Assembly: GCF_009914755.1 (NCBI RefSeq)
Contig: NC_060938.1
Reading direction: 5' to 3' (one strand)
Source of the DNA: the human T2T-CHM13v2.0 reference genome, Homo sapiens
Length of the DNA: 64,000 nucleotides
A program made the translations under genes and the position numbers. The notes under the pieces are model-generated. The model was not told the origin of the DNA. It did no database searches and worked only from the letters and a program-made list of their open reading frames with translations. Shown here in pieces: positions 31,201 to 44,749 of this stretch (positions are counted from its first letter, which is position 1; the number at the start of each line of letters is the position of its first letter).

Positions 31201-31718
31201 TCAATGTAGTTTGCATATTTGTCCCTGCCCATATCTCATGTTGAATTGTAATACCCACTGTTGAAGGTAGGGCCTGGTGGGAGGTGTTTGGATCATGGGG
31301 TGGATCCCTCATGAATGGCTTGGGCCATTTCCTTGGTGATAAGTGAGATCTTGCTATGAGTTTACACAAGATCTGGTCGTTTAAAAGTGTATGGCTCCTC
31401 CCCCTATGCTCTCTCTTTCTCTCTCTTCTCTCTCTTGCTCCTCTTTTCGCCATGTGAAGCATATGCTCCCGCTTAATCTTCCATCATGAGTAAAAGCTCC
31501 CTCAGGCCTCCTCAGAAGCCAAGCAGATGCCAGCACCACACTTCCTTTATCTTCCCTCATGAGTAAAAGCTCCCTCAGGCCTTCTCAGAAGACAAACAGA
31601 TGCCAGCACCACACTTCCTTTACACCCCGCAGAACTGTGAGCCAATTAACCTCTTTTCTTTCTAAATTACCCAGTCTTAGGGATTTCTTTATTGCAGGGC
31701 AAGAACAGCCTGTATTAT
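31201..31718 (+). mobile_element. MSTB-like MaLR solo LTR with an internal 73-bp tandem duplication
   Basis: ggcctggtgggaggtgtttggatcatggggtggatccctcatgaatggctt; agaactgtgagccaattaacctcttttc. Confidence 0.88.
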
Positions 31719-32811
31719 CAAAGAAAGTAAGGTAAGTATTGCAAACTAAAAGAACTTCTTAGCCAACTAAAAGAACAGCCTGAAGTATCAAAGAAGGTTA
31801 GGTAAGTATTGCAAACTAAAAAGATTTCTTCAGAAATTTATTATTAATTCCAGCATAAACTTTTCCATTCCAACAAACTATTATTTTATAAATTCCAAAA
31901 TTATATTTAATTTATATATAAGAATTTCCCCCACTCAACTTTATCATCATCACTTTTTACTAATTGCATTGTTTACTTGAATTACTTATTCAAAACAACA
32001 TTTGATTATTACAAATAATGTTGCTCCATTTTAATTGAATCCTCGAGCAAGCCAGCATGCAGCTTCTCAGCTTGCATAGTAATTCATCAATATATTCATT
32101 ATGTATTACTCACGGATAGGACATGGATTAAAATGAAAGATTTGGCTGAAGGTACATATGCTTTTCTTTAGGCAGAATAAAAGAGAAGAAATAAAATACA
32201 TGTATAAAGCTACTTTTTTCTAACAGTTCAAATGCTTTATATTGTTTCAATTATTTTTAATGTTATGAGTCATCTTTAGGGAATTAAAAACATTTTTCTG
32301 CCTGTAACCCAGAGGGTGACTTTTTTTTAATCCACAGCCAAGGAGTGAATAACTTGAAGCCTACAACAGCTAACTCGTTAGTCTAAAGCTACAGAGAATC
32401 TTCCAGAGTCCAAAAGGCCAAACTTCCTGACTTAGTGCACTTTCTGTGACTTACAACAGGTATTTTTATATTTATAACAAGTAATTAGAAGGACCACAAT
32501 TGCATTTTCATAGAATTTGTATGCTATCAGCAGCTACAAACTGACAGCTGGAGCAGAATCTTGCTCTACATTTAGAAGTATCTTTTAAGCCAGCACAGCG
32601 TTTTTTATTTTTTGTTAATAGATTTGAATACATTTAGGCCAGGATACACCGCCCAGCCCACCAGAATCCCCACCACTGCCTAACGTCTTACATTGGTGAC
32701 TTCATCCTTTCAGAGGGCCTACCAAAGCCAAAGGCCTTTGAGTTTTTCCTTGACCTGTGTAGACTGTGTACTCTATTTCCAACTTAAAACTTAATTGTCC
32801 TTCATCTTTAA

Positions 32812-33104
<293 letters not shown>

Positions 33105-33149
33105 ATAAAGTTTTCTTATTGTCATTCCTTCAATCTTCCAACTCAGTAT

Positions 33150-33785
33150 CACTATCATCAATACACATTATTGACTGTATTCAGTCAGCAAATATCTGTT
33201 TTATTCTTATTAGTATGGTCCAGGGACAGCTGAGAGCAAACAAAATAGGCAAACAAAATGGGCAAAATAGGCAATCTGTCTCTCGTACTAGACTATGCAC
33301 CCCTGGAAGGTAAAAATATCCTGCCTTCCAGGGGTGCACATTCTAGTAGAAGAGACAGATATAAACAAATCCAGATTAATGCTGTGGGTGGTAGAGTCCA
33401 GGAACTATTTTGAAGAGGATATCAGGAAGGTCTGTCTGAGGAGATGCCATTTTGAGCAGAGATGTGAATACAGAGAAGGTATGAGTCACACAAATGCTTA
33501 GGGAAGAACAAGTGAAAAAGCACCAAGACAGAAGCCTGCTTGATACACTTGTAGAATAATAAAAAAGAGCACAGAACATGGAGGAGACACAGGGAACGGG
33601 GTCAGAGGGCTGACCAGGGGCCAGTTCATGCATGGCTCTGGAAACCACAGTAAGGGCACAAGATTTTCTCCAAGTATGATGAGAACTATTGGAGACTTTG
33701 AACAAGGGAGTGACATGATTTGACTTGATACTTTTAAAAAATTAATGTGACTACTGTGTTCAGAATAGACTCTAAGGGGACAAAT
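33150..33785 (-). mobile_element. L2 (L2a-like) fragment
   Basis: cctgccttccaggggtgcacattctagt...ttttgagcagaga...gagtgacatgatttgact...gaatagact are antisense L2 3' motifs. Confidence 0.78.
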
Positions 33786-34032
33786 ATCCTTAGGCACCTC
33801 CCTTCATTTTCGTTTTCATGAGACTTGTCTTACCACATATATTAGCTATTGTTCCAAGGGACTTGCAGCTCAACCTTTCTTTTGCAAACAGACCCTACCA
33901 CCCTCTCCCCATTCCCACCATCCTCAAACACATTGCAGTTCACATTACAGGTTGAAATATAAAACAAACTCACATGAAAAAGTTTTCATGTGACTTTATG
34001 CAAGACAAACTAAATTTTTATGTACTTTAGAT

Positions 34033-34092
34033 CATTGGTTCTCAAATCTATTTGTTCATCAAAATCACCTGGGAGCATGCGTGTGTGTGTGT

Positions 34093-34140
<48 letters not shown>

Positions 34141-34260
34141 GTTTGTTTTAAGGTCGAATTCTCTACTCCAGACCTAGCCCAAAAGAGAATCTTGAAGGTA
34201 GGGCCCAAGAATCTGCATTTTAAGTCAATCTTGAAGATTAGCTAGGCTTAGGAGCCACTA
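34033..34260. mobile_element. MER5-type hAT-Charlie relic interrupted by (TG)n
   Basis: cattggttctcaaa...aaaatcacctgggag...gggcccaagaatctgcattttaa...gagccact. Confidence 0.7.
34081..34134 (+). repeat. (TG)n microsatellite
   Basis: Directly visible. Confidence 0.97.
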
Positions 34261-36113
34261 TTATAAACTATAAGCTTTTCAGAAATTCAGAAACCATCAA
34301 AATCTGTCAGGGCTAAGCAATCAGAGAAAGTTCTGTGGCAGAAGCAGGATTTGACCAAGCAGAGGAGACTGTCAACTGTAGCAGACTGGAGACTGATGGA
34401 TGGAGGAAAGGCACGGGTTCTCCAGGTCTGAGCATTACTATGACGAAGGTAAGAGGCAACACGAACTGGTGCATGTGTGATCCTCTGAGAGGGTTAGACT
34501 CCCAGAAAGCAGGGGAGATGCAGCAAGGAGTGACAGGATGCAAATTAGGCAAGGAGGCACCTTACAGTTAGTTCCAGTGAATAATAGCTCCAGCTTCAAG
34601 AAAAAGAGGTATGACACAAAGAACATGAGAAAGGGAGTCATGACCCTACCAGAGTATTAGCCCAGCTCTGAACTTACCACCTAAAGCCCCTCTACAGGTG
34701 ATTCTGAGGGATGATTCTGAGCCAAACGATATTTTGTCCAGATTTGTGACTCTATGTAAAATGAAAAGACAGGACTAAATGACATCTAAGGTTTTTGCAG
34801 ATCGAACCTTTATAATTCTATTTTTAAGTCCTACTATTTCTTCATTTCCAACAAGTCCATTTAAGTATTCTTTGCTGTTCTTTGAATTCTATTTCTCTCC
34901 AGTATGGAGAGACTAAACCGCCAAGTAATGTGGGCATTGGTAGGTGATGTTTTTCATTAATCTCACAATAGGCAGCCCTGCATCTACATTCTAGTAGCAA
35001 TCAACCTGGAACAATACACACCTTTCTCCAAGGCTTGCTCTATAGACTCTGTGACCTTAATACTGATTTTTTGACAAAGATAAGGCCTTAAAAACACACA
35101 CACACAGAAGACAGATTCATATGCCACATTGACCTGGAAGAATAAAACTCTGCAGTAAACAACATGTTAGATAAATCTGACATGACAAGCATTTCTGTGG
35201 TAGTAGTCATTTTTCCCAAAGGACTTAGTGATATATGAAGACTAACATACTCATGGGATAAAGACTGCACCTTCTGTTTCCAAGTATACGTGACACAATG
35301 CAAAATCAATTTTCTCCTCTTTTCAAAGTTAGTTCCAATCTGTCAAGATCCATCCCTCTTTGGTCTCATCTCTAGCTATGTCCCTTTTTCCATCATATTA
35401 TTTCAAGACTACCATTGCAAATCACACAGATGAAGATTCAATGGAAGATATGTTGCTTCTGGAAGAAAATTTAGTATTATCTACTTTTAAACTGTCTTGC
35501 AGAAAGCTCATGAGATTATTCTCTGGAACAATTCTTTAGTTATTTTCTATAAAGTTAAGAGTAATGTCCAAGGGAGATTTCAAGGACAAGGGAATTATGA
35601 TAAAGGTCCGCAAATGAAGCAAAAAGCAAAATGAAGTTAATAAAGCCTCTTTTTCTTGAGTCTGCCTAGTGCTATCACCCTGTACTAGATTAGGACTATC
35701 TGATGGCTTTTCCGAGTTCCCAACAAAAGACTTTCAGGATAAAAGCTGTTGAGGAAATAGAACGATTTACTCTGGAAGACCTAGTTCTGTTTCTCTTATA
35801 TGATTTGGGTCCTGACAAATTATCTCTTTAAAGGTGATCCTAGGATGTAATGGAACTGATTTTCTATTGTAAAATCCCCAAGTAAAGAGTACCAGTAGCA
35901 AACCCCATTCATTGTTTTCTGACCTCTGTTTATTAGAGTCAAGTATTAAAAAAAAAAAAAAAAAAAAAGCATACAAGAGAATTTCAAAAGGTAAGAAGCT
36001 TGTAGAAAAAGGATAATGTCAAGACAAATGTCACTATGCATAAAAGCCAGTATATACTTGTTACGATGGCCATAAATCTGGGCACATACATGATGGATAA
36101 AAGAGACAGGGGT

Positions 36114-36452
<339 letters not shown>

Positions 36453-36554
36453 TCAGATTTGAACCGGACTTTAAGAGATCAGCAAAGTTAAAACCTTAAT
36501 TTTCTTAGGGTGCCCTCTGAGTGTCCTGTCAGTTCTAGCAGCTACGTGGATTGT

Positions 36555-36970
36555 ACATGCGTTCCCTTCTCTCCATCTCTTCTGCCGCTGTCCTAGTTCC
36601 AGCCACCATCGTCTCTCACCTAAATGCCTGCAAAAGCCTCTTTTCTGCTTCCACTTTGGCCCCCTCCAATCCATTTATTGTGTTGGCCTACTTTCAGTTC
36701 CTGGAACATACCAAGCCTTTTCTACCTCATTGCCCTTGTCTGCTGTTTTTACTGCTATAGAGTGTCTGGCACATAGTAGCTGCCCAATAAATACATGTTG
36801 AATCAATGAGTAATTGTTTCTTCTAGTTTGTAAGCTTCAGAAAGGCAAAGACCATGTTTATTTTACTCCCTACCTTATTCCCAGAAGCCAGCACAGCATC
36901 TAACACATAGAGGGTGTGCCACAAATAGTTACTGAAAAAAGAAAACAAGGAATGAAGAATTGAATGAACA
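36555..36970 (+). mobile_element. Two tandem L2 3'-end fragments
   Basis: tggcacatagtagctgcccaataaatacatgttgaatcaatga, and a second end at about 36830-36970. Confidence 0.7.
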
Positions 36971-38494
36971 AATACCAAATGTGCTGCATGAATTTTGGAA
37001 GGGTATGTTGTTATCCTTGTCATTATTATAATTCATAGTTCCTTTTGAAAGCATATAATAACATCATGACCCATCACAGAATAAAGATAGGAAAGTCTAT
37101 GTTAGTATTTGCCATGTTAGAAATGTTTGATAATGATATCTTTGGCTAAATGTGCTATTTTGAAAAATAATGAATAGTAATAAAATTTCATAATTGCACA
37201 TAAATTAGCCCTACAGCATTATTACTAATACCTACTGTCTGTATTTCCAAATCCTAACTAATAACTAAATATGCATGTTTTCAGTCATTTTAACAAGCTT
37301 TTTACATGGATATTAAAAACACTAGATATACAATAGAAACGATCTTATTAATATCCATGTAAGGTGGTTTGATTCCTATAAAATAATTGCATATGCTCAG
37401 AGAAACATCATGTTTTCATACTGAAGGTAATATTACTTCAGTCATACTTGCAAAATAAATTATACTTTTTTATTACATAAAGACATATGCCATTATCTGT
37501 TGGATTTAACAAACATACAACATCAAGGCTGATTCATATTTAGCATCTCAGGGTATACCATGTAGTAATAACATACTGCAAAAGGAAAATTGTTTTGTAC
37601 TCTTCCTTGTAGATTATTCTTTCTTTCCCATTCCCCATGTAGTGGTGTTGTGGTTTTTAAGTAACACTTTCTAAGCACAGAGATGTGCATGGCACTTGAC
37701 CAAAGTTAGTAACAAAATCATATTTTGTTAGTCCATGAGGAACAGTAATATAGTACAAAAAACAGTGCAAACCCAGAAAACAAGATGAGAGGGTTGCTTT
37801 TCACTGTGGTATCAAGAGAGCTGTAAATACCTCTTTTGAGTAAGAAATTTAAAAGCATATGATACATCTCGAGGAGTGTATATAAGATTTGCAAAGTATA
37901 AATTTGACCTCATTCACCACAATAAAAATTTTAATCTTATAAAAAAACTCTATCAACTATTTTTCCCAAGTCAGAAAAACAAAAATGGAACTTAAGATAA
38001 AAATAAGTTCAAGTTGAATAAAAGAAATTGGAAGTAAAGTTTCCTAAAAATTGAATTTGTTATTTTGTTCCAAGAGTACTGGTCCAGTTTTTAATAAGGC
38101 AAAACTCTTCAAAAGAACATTACACTGACCTTTCAGGAGTTATTTCTCTGGGATTATAACTGACCTTAATAATTCTTTGCTGTCAATTTTTATAATTAAT
38201 TTAATTGATCTTCTGCTGGTATGTTAATAATGCAGATATTTTATTGTAAGAAACTATCCAGCTTCATTGTTTGCTTTTCTTCCTGACCATTAAAAATAAC
38301 ACAGTGCACATGATTTTTTTTAATTTGATATGTTTACAAACCAGGCTTTCCATACCAATTTTAATAACTTTCTTCTAACTAGAGAGAAAACTGGAAAGTA
38401 TAGAAAAGCTCTAATATAACACCATAATTCTACCTTCAAAAGAATCATGAGTAACATTTTCATGTGTCTTTTTCTATTTAATGCATTTTAAGCA

Positions 38495-38790
38495 GTCATT
38501 CAGGCAATTAATCAACAAATATTTATTGATTGTCTGCTATGTACTAGTCATTATGCTAGTTACTGGCAATGCCATGACAAACAGAACAAAGATGGCTGCC
38601 CCCATAGAACTCACGTAGTAGTGAAACTAACAAATATAATAGAGAAGTATAAATACTCTGAAGGAAAAGGATTTCTGCTAAATAGTATCATTTACAGAAA
38701 TGAGGAACACTAGGAAAGAAAACATTTGAAGTAACCAAGAGTCTGGTTTTAGGCATGTTCAGTTTACAAGGGCCATTAGGTCCTCTGGAT
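38495..38790 (-). mobile_element. L2 3' fragment
   Basis: tcaacaaatatttattgattgtctgctatgtactagtca. Confidence 0.65.
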
Positions 38791-38984
38791 AGTGATGGTA
38801 CCATATTGTTTCTAATGGTTTGTGGTCTGCTTCACTTGGCATTTTATGGGTATATCCTCATTTGAAAATTCATGTTTCTGTATGGTGATCTTAAAAATCT
38901 ATCTAGAAATCCACCAAGATTCTGGCACCCAAAATGAACAAAACCAGATCCCTAGACTCTCTTACAGAATGCTGTCTTACAGGC

Positions 38985-39230
38985 TTATTTCTCCTGGACA
39001 TGCTATAAGTGCTCTTTTATATTCATTATTTTATTTGTTCCTTACAATAGTCTTATGGATCATCCTGGGACAGACATTTGAAGCCCCATTAAGAATAAGG
39101 AAACTGAGACTCAAAATAGATGACCTGTTCAAGGTCACACAGCCAGTGAGTGAGGCCTGGAACTCTGGCTCCTATTCAACCACAAACCAGTTCTTTTTCA
39201 TTTCAGCAGACTTTTGCACTTCACCATGAT
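38985..39230 (-). mobile_element. MIR relic
   Basis: aaggaaactgagactca...caaggtcacacagccagtgagt. Confidence 0.65.
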
Positions 39231-39938
39231 TTTAAAGTATATACATATAAATTGTTTAGTTCAATAAGTTTATTATGAAACTTGTTTTTTAAAAATGGAA
39301 GTACTACAGTTGGTCATGGAAGCTATAAAAACTCTCCCCATGGCTTTGAGAGCTTTGTTTACTGCTCATTGATCGCCATGACAATGCTACCATAAATAAC
39401 CCCAGATAGATTGCTATGTATAATTACAGAAGACATCCATATGCATGAGTCACCTGTCAGCTCTCCAATCCCATCATTTCCATTACCTGTCAACATGTCA
39501 TCAAGGACTCTGAGTTTATGACACAAACAAAACTTACTCTCTCAGGAAGTTGAAAATTATGCAACGCTACACAGATTCGTGGTTGAAGAAAACAAAATAA
39601 GCAATGCCCACTATTTATGAGGAAAGATGTGTATGCATTTTTCAGAACTGTTCTTTCTCCCACTTCCATAGTGTAAGGATACAGACTCAAAAACAGAAAT
39701 TCAAATCCACTTTTTACTTGTGGTTGAACAATACCCACTGATTCACTTCACATCAACCTCAAGACGCAAGGCATGAAATTCTCTCTCTGAATCTTTTACA
39801 ACAGACTACCAAATGGCAACTTACTGTTATGTGGTGCATGTCAGCCACAGCAATTTTTCAGGAAAGGCTTTGGTCACATGGACAGTATTCGTTTTGATGG
39901 GTCAGTACGAACAAGAAGACATTTGGACTGAGAAGGCT

Positions 39939-40070
39939 GGCCAGGTGCAGTGGCTCATGCCAGTAATTGCAACATTTTGGGATGCTGAAGCAGGAGGGTT
40001 ACTTGAGGTCAGGAGTTTAAGACCAGCCCTGGCAACACAGCAAGATCCCATCTCTCAAAAAAAGAAAAAT
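39939..40070 (+). mobile_element. FLAM-type Alu monomer
   Basis: Single left arm ending gcaagatcccatctct plus A tail. Confidence 0.85.
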
Positions 40071-40684
40071 TTTAGATGGAGGAGGCTGTCAATAATATGA
40101 GACCAGAAAGGAATCAGAAGTCAGGAAAGACAGGCCAGCTCCAGGTTAGCAAGCTGAGCACTATGTAATTACTCAAACCCAGGAATGGGAAAAAGAATGA
40201 GATTACTAACAGTCAAGAGCCAGGAATCAATTAACCACAATGAGAAAGAGGCAAGAATACAATAATCCATGTAGATAATTCACAGGTAAGAGGAAGCAAG
40301 TAGTAGAGGTCCCAGCAAGTAAAAGATGTAAAGCCTGGGGAGACAAGTGAGTCAGTCCAAGGCATCAGTAGTCAAGGCACCATGTTGTAAATGTGACTCT
40401 GATACAAGATTTGTCTCATTCAAGGGCCTGTTAGATACTGCCTGCCAAGTCTCAGTGCACAGCTGCAAAGAGATAAGTGGCTTCACCTCTCTCAGAGACA
40501 GCTTCTGTTGGTTCTGAAAAAATACGCCAAAAATAAAAGCTCAAATAAGAGTAACTTTGCATTTTCTAATTGATCTAGTAAGTATATATGAATAAGTGTA
40601 TGAGCCATTTAAACACAGGCTAATAATACACAAAACTGTACCCCTGAGTCTATTTCACTATCCATAGAAAATGACCAATATGGG

Positions 40685-40975
40685 AAATAATAATAATGAT
40701 AGTGATAATAGTAAGAACTAACATTGCTATGTGTCAGGCACTTTTTATACAAGAAAATCACAGTAGGAATATTAATGGCTAATTTTATTGAGCACTTTTT
40801 AGCCACCAGGCTCTGTTTCTAGGTGCTTTATGTGATTCTTTTATTGCTCCCAATAATTCTCAGTGAGATACTGTTATGTCCATTTTACAAATGAGGCACA
40901 GAGGCATTATGCAGTTTTCTCAAGATCACACAGCTGGTGAGTTTGAATTTGAACTCATTTTCCAACCTCAGCAGC
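40685..40975 (-). mobile_element. MIR relics
   Basis: tatgtgtcaggcact; ccattttacaaatgagg...caagatcacacagctgg...tttgaactca. Confidence 0.65.
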
Positions 40976-42629
40976 CACCATAGGAGGAAGGGCTAACCTG
41001 ATACCAGACCTTACGATGGATCAAAAGAGAAGGGAAAATAGTTGCTCCATGCTCCAAAATCTTCCTCGTTTTCAATTCTGATTCCATCTAGCAAACAGTC
41101 TAAAACTCTCAAATTTCCTCCACCATCATATCCTTCATCTGACATCTGAAGATGCTAAAGGTAGGAAAGTAGCAAGGAACTAACATTTACTAAAAGCCTA
41201 CTTAGTGCCGGATTCTATGCTCAATACTTTATATATGTGATCTCATCAGCAGACCCTTTGGGGGACCTTCAGAATGTTCAAACTTCCAATCAGGTCCCTC
41301 CAGAAATAGGACAGAAGATCAGAGCATCTCTTTACTAGTAGCAATCGTTGCACAAAGTCAGAGGGCAAACAACAAGTCATGTCCACAGGTCACAGCCAGA
41401 CAGGTGAGTTTCAGAGGGGGATTTAGGTCAGAAATGGAAGGTAAAAACAGGAAGGGAACCTGTGACAGTCTCAATGAACACTACAGAAGAGAAATTCACT
41501 GGTGGGTGCCTGAACACTTACATGTTCATGATAGCCCTTGGTCTGAGGTATTCAGAAGAACAGACAAGTTCTTTGAACTTCTGAGGACTGAGCCAAGCTT
41601 CGTGTGTGGTGAATGAGTATCAGGCTCACTCAACACTGTCTTTCCAACCACTGACAAATATATGGGGGTAGTAATTCCTTTTCCACAATCAGATACTAAA
41701 AAATTGTAACAAACAGGAATATATCAAAAAGAAAATGAGGAATGAATACTCTCTTGGTCATGAGGGCAGAGGATAGTTAAGTGGCTTTCTCCACTTAATC
41801 TGTCTGCTCTAACCTCTCTCATGAGGGCATCTCACACATTAAGAAGGGACAAGAAAGCAACCAATTAAACATCTGTCACTACTTTCTTTTTAGTGTTTAA
41901 TTTGAAACAACTTTCCATTTCCTTCTAAATGAGAGTTGATTATTCAAAGGAAAGCTGGCTGCATTGTACATGACTTTGGCTTGGCCCAGAAAGGCATTAA
42001 TCAGCCAGTGCATCAACAGTGAAGCCTGCAGTTTCAACAAGATGAAAAAGGAATGTTTTCACAATAGTTCATCAAAGATGTCTGTGCGAGCATTGCACTC
42101 ACTGACAATAAATTACAAGATTAATGAATATAGCCACCAGGGTGGTGCTCTGATTGTTACCCCCAAGCTGATTTTCTAACACTGCTAACAAAGGAGCCAA
42201 AAATCACATAATGAAACTATCATATCTAATGCCTATATGGCAACAGATATTGTCCATCGGTGAATGTGGGAAATGTTTCATGTTTTACTTGAATCTTAAT
42301 TTTTCAGGTCTTCATTATAAGGGAGGTGACTACCCCAACTGACTTTGTGACATAAATCTATTTAGATCATTAGCTCTCACCCTCCTTAAGGAGCCCAAGT
42401 GTTTTTCCACTTCTGCTCCTTTTGCTTAGAAGGCACTTTGGCCAGTATTTATAACCCAAGAGGTACTACACCAAATGGTCATTTCCTTCATGATCATTCA
42501 CAGCTACTCAAAAAATGTCCCTCTCTCACTTATCTCCCACCACATCCCCTCACGTGCCTTGTCTCCAGACTCATGGAGAAACTCATCTGTCCCCAAATAC
42601 ACCACGCAACTTTGTGCCTTTGATCATCA

Positions 42630-43001
42630 TATTATTCGACTGGGGCTGTCATAACAAAATACCATGGGCTGGGAGGCTTAAACAACAAAAGTTTATTTTC
42701 CCACAGTTCTGGAGACAAAAAGTCCAAGATCAACATGCTGAAAAATTTGGTTTCTGATAATGGCTGTCTTCCTGGCTGGCAGATGGCCAGCTTCTCACTG
42801 TGTCTTCATATGACCTTTTCTCTGTGCATGCATGGAGGCAGAGAGTTCTGGTGTCTCTTCTTCTTATAAAGATATCAATCTTTTCAGATTATGGCGATTC
42901 ATAGGCCCTCCTTAAAGGCCTTATCTCCAAATAGTTACATTGGGGGTCAGACCTTCAACATATGAACTTGGGGAAGGTGACACACAATTCAGTTCATAAC
43001 A
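42630..43001 (-). mobile_element. MLT1A0/MLT1B-like MaLR solo LTR
   Basis: ggctgtcataacaaaatacca...ggcttaaacaaca...cacagttctggag...cacaattcagttcataaca. Confidence 0.85.
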
Positions 43002-43442
43002 CTTATGCACTACAACGAGCCCAGAAAGCATTTCTCTCTTCTCCACTGAGAGATGATCCACTGAGGTGTCCAGATTTCATCCAAGCATTCTTTTCCAAGA
43101 AGCCTTCCCCAGTCCCAGAATCCCAGTTGGGAATAATCTATTCCTACTGTGGAAATTATTGCATTCTCCTCCATGTTGTTTCTTATTAGTTGCTTATGTG
43201 TCTCCCTCCACTAAGTATTATAAGTTTTTTAACAACAAAAACTGTTATATTCATCTTGCATGGCCCACTACACCTAGACAGTCTTCTGTGTCGTGGTCAC
43301 TCACTCCTATATCTTCTTTGCCTACCTCAGTGATACATAGTAGCCACTCAATAGATGAGAATAAATGAATTCTCTCCCTCTTTCTGCTACTGACATTTCG
43401 TCATTTCCCTTCAATGCCTTTTTTCCCTCTTCTTGAACTCTC

Positions 43443-43840
43443 TGATATAGTTTGATGTGTATCCCAACTCAAAGCTCATATTGAAATGTAACCCCCAATG
43501 TTGAAGGTGAGACCTGGTGGGAGGTGATTGGGTCATAAGAGTGGATCCCTCATGGCTTGGTACTGTAGTGATAGTGACTTCTCATGAGATCTGGTCATTT
43601 AAAAATACATAGCACTTCCTCCGTCACTGTCTTGCTCCTGCTTTTGCCATATGACGTGCCTGCCCCCTTTTACCTTCTGCCATGATTGTAAGTTTCCTGA
43701 AGCTTCCCCAGAAGCCAAGCAGACCTTGGCACCATGCTTCCTATAAAGCTTGCAGAACCATGAGCCAATTAAACTTCTTTTCTCATAAATTAGCCATTCT
43801 CAGGTATGTCTTTATAGCAATGTGAGGATGGACTAATACA
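43443..43840 (+). mobile_element. MSTA-like MaLR solo LTR
   Basis: tgatatagtttg...tggtgggaggtgattgggtcat...gactaataca termini. Confidence 0.88.
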
Positions 43841-44707
43841 CATTCCCTTTTTCCTTTCCCACAACATGAATTAACATTTTTCAAGCCCCCTAAAAGTAGA
43901 GTTTGCTCTCTTCCCTGACTTCATCTCCTGTATTCTTTGCAAACAAACAATGACAGCTTCACCTATGAAGTTGCACTTTTATTCCAGCAATCCCAAAGTG
44001 CATCTGCAGCCCAGCCTCCTGTGGAGTTTGACTCCTGTATGCCCAGAGCCTTGCTTGGCATCTCTTGGATGTCCCACAGGCAGCCTGAACACAACAACCC
44101 ATCTGAGTTTAACTCACCCCATATCAAATTAGCCTCCCAGTTCTGTAGATTAGACAGCCCCAACATTTCCCTTTCTGCTACTTCCTTTATTGAGCCAGGA
44201 TGCTACTTTCCAGGACAATGATAACAATGATGGTGGGTGTGAGAGTGGGGTCAAAAAGTGGATGATGATGTGATTGGTGGTAGTGATGACAACAATAATA
44301 GCAACAACTTAATTATTTTTCCCAATTGCAGGCCTAGGCTCATTTCCACCACTCCCCTACATTCTCTTTTTGATCCCATCATACCAAATCCAATTTCCTC
44401 AGTTACATGTTATATTCCCTGCTGTTTCTTTCTATACACTGATCTCTCAGCCAGCAGAATCATCCTCCATCTTCTGCATCCAGTTGATTCTCACTCTTTC
44501 TTCAAGACTTAGGGTCAGCCACCACCTACTTTCGGAAGATTTCCAGGCTATCCTTTGTGCTCCAATGGCACAGAAAGCATACCTTTCCCATTACACTTGT
44601 GTTGGGATAAAATTTGGAAAGATAAACCAAGGGTTTTCCTTACTGACTGTCCTGATTTTCCTCTTACACAATTGAGACAGTGGTCTCCATTGACCCAGGA
44701 AAAAGAT

Positions 44708-44710
<3 letters not shown>

Positions 44711-44748
<38 letters not shown>
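44711..44748 (+). repeat. (CA)n microsatellite
   Basis: Directly visible. Confidence 0.97.

Positions 44749-44749
<1 letters not shown>

Noticed and set aside
31477-31830. Repeat-spacer-like pattern suggesting a CRISPR array
   Set aside because: Only two copies per unit, no unique spacers, no cas genes, and a primate LTR context
33970-33993. 11-bp perfect palindrome tcacatgaaaa-ag-ttttcatgtga, and a 12-bp one at 12228-12259
   Set aside because: Short and AT-rich; plausible by chance or local slippage, with no supporting context
35948-35968. Orphan A21 tract as a retrocopy tail
   Set aside because: No TSD or recognisable upstream parent could be found
39545-39630. Possible plus-strand coding exon (EVENYATLHRFVVEENK..)
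   Set aside because: In-frame stop, no convincing donor and no recognisable homology
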